Assembly: GCF_009914755.1 (NCBI RefSeq)
Contig: NC_060926.1
Source of the DNA: the human T2T-CHM13v2.0 reference genome, Homo sapiens
Direction: 5' to 3' (one strand)
DNA: 64,000 bases
A program made the translations under genes and the position numbers. Shown here piece after piece: positions 60,540-64,000 of this stretch; the stretch's first letter is position 1; each line of letters begins with the position of its first letter. A model generated the notes under the pieces. That model was not told the origin of the DNA and made no database searches. It worked only from the letters and a program-made list of their open reading frames with translations.

Positions 60540-62452
60540 CAAACTGTACTTATTTTCATACTTTGCGCAATGATTCGAATCAAATTCAACTCAATAATTT
60601 AATGGATATTTGAGTCTAATCGTTGCATTCTTTCCTTTTAACTTCCTTTTCCCTTTCCTCTGGGAATGTAGGTACTGAATACTCTAGAAATTCTCTCGGG
60701 TGTAATGCAAAGTTTCTCCAGCTTGCTTTTTCCATTATTTTGTCGAGAGAAATTAATGGATGTGACATTGGACTTATAATCACCTCTGTTTATGTGCCCC
60801 CGTCAACTATAAACCCTAAAAACACTGCAGGAACTTCAAGAAGGGAGAAGGACATGTATTTCTTAGAAAAAAATAAGACTGAAAATTCTGTAATTACACT
60901 AAGTAAAATCTGCTTATTGTGTCTCACACACTTTACAAATATAGGTTAAGTTTTAAAGTACACTTTTCCTTTTTTATAATCCTATAGTAAATTCATATTT
61001 TCATGGAATAACCAAGACAGATCTGCAGATTTTAGTTTAGATTTCCTGGGTTTCTGAATGATATAATTCTCATTATTTGAAATGAAAATAAAGCTAAAAG
61101 TACACGTAATCATTTAATATTCACAGTTCTGCCATGAGGAAATCATACATCTGACTGGAATATTTTGAATATAAATGAAGCCTACATACCTAAATTATTT
61201 TACTGAATAAAATGCCAATTGTTTCATGAAGCCAGTTCATCAACTGTCATTCCTGTTGGGTTATTAATGGTATATATTAGCCTACTGCTTTATCCCTCTT
61301 ATACAATGCTAATTTTTTAAAAAGCAGGGGATAGGATAAGGACCGAGTATGGAGAGCAGCAAAAATTACATATTAATTGCAATAAAAACCACAGCACTAT
61401 AAAAAATACTTACGCTACACTAAGAACCAAAATAGTCAATGCTGTACGTGAATATCAAAAACTGAAAAAATAAAAAGTAAAAACAACCTAATTTTTTCAA
61501 AACAAACTGCATAATTTCATCCTGAAAAGAGAAATTGGACAGATGAGGATTTGATGCCATGACTTACACTGAGGTTAGAAACCTGCAATTTCTGAGGATT
61601 AAAATACTAGAAGATTCAAAACTGCAATTCTGTTTGACATTTGAATGGTCATTTACTATTCAGTTCCCTCCTTGATCACTCGAAGGAAACAAGTATTCTC
61701 CGGCTGCAAATTGGAGAAGACTGCTCCTGTGTACCCACTGCACACCACAAAGGGAAACGTCTCACCTCCTAACACCTAATGTCTTCTCTTCCTGTTTGGA
61801 TTATGCATTGCCTGCAATGGATTTCAAAACAACCTTGAAATGTTTTCATATTAGAAACTCATTACCTGATATTACCCACTGATTCTTTTCTGTCCAAAAT
61901 ATAATTTTATGTCCTTAATGTATCAGCATAAACAAACCACTTTTGATACTTGTGTCTACTCACACACTGTGGAATTGATTATAACTCAGATTCAGTTATT
62001 CTGATTCACCATGGTTCTTTAGGGCAGCCTCTAGAGTCAAATATTCTGTTTCTTCCTTGCAAACTGTAAACCACCCTTGCCTGAAAGCTATGTGTAATTT
62101 GTCTGATTTTGCAAAAATATACGGCCTGTAGCACTATAGATTGCAATGAAATATAGAAACTTTTACTTTGGTTTAAACATTGAATTTCCTCAAAAACCAA
62201 CTTTAGTCTCTCAAAACTTTTCATCACCCAGTAATTATTACGGTTCCCATCTATATATAGTCAGTAACTTCTGACTCTTCCACTCTACTTCCCAGTGGGA
62301 GTAAGAGTTCCAGACAACAGAACTGAAACTGTTTCACCTATTTTATAAAACATCAAAGGTTAAGGTGAAACTTATGTCACTTTTTTTCTTCCTCAGTAGC
62401 TTTCTGCTTCCTTCTATCCTACCTGATCTGGTCTTCAAGCAGTCATTCATGA

Positions 62453-64000
<1,548 letters not shown>

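Overview
Repeat-dense, AT-rich primate (human-like) nuclear DNA, intergenic or intronic. I could not support any host protein-coding exon, RNA gene or CpG island. Nearly all ORF-track entries are transposon-derived or chance ORFs. Main content: (1) the 5' part of an old L1M (1-3727, -). (2) An ancient L1ME interrupted by an MLT2 LTR and by a full-length ~6.1-kb L1PA5/6-like element (8017-14123, -). That L1 has a 16-bp TSD, an ORF1 broken by a single stop, a frameshifted ORF2, an open antisense ORF0 and the retained 129-bp ZNF93 segment. (3) A two-LTR ERV-L provirus (LTR16/HERV16-like, 24573-30231, -) carrying nested MLT2A, AluYd-like and THE1 insertions. (4) Many Alu, MIR, L2, MaLR and MER elements. 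(5) A truncated L1PA8-like copy with an apparent 96-bp 3' transduction (59706-60551). (6) A >1.1-kb compound AT minisatellite running off the window end. I found no convincing new biological system. The best leads are the 3' transduction, the open ORF0, the DUX4-motif LTR cluster and several templated micro-rearrangements. Subfamily names come from recalled consensus sequences, and boundaries of old elements are approximate.
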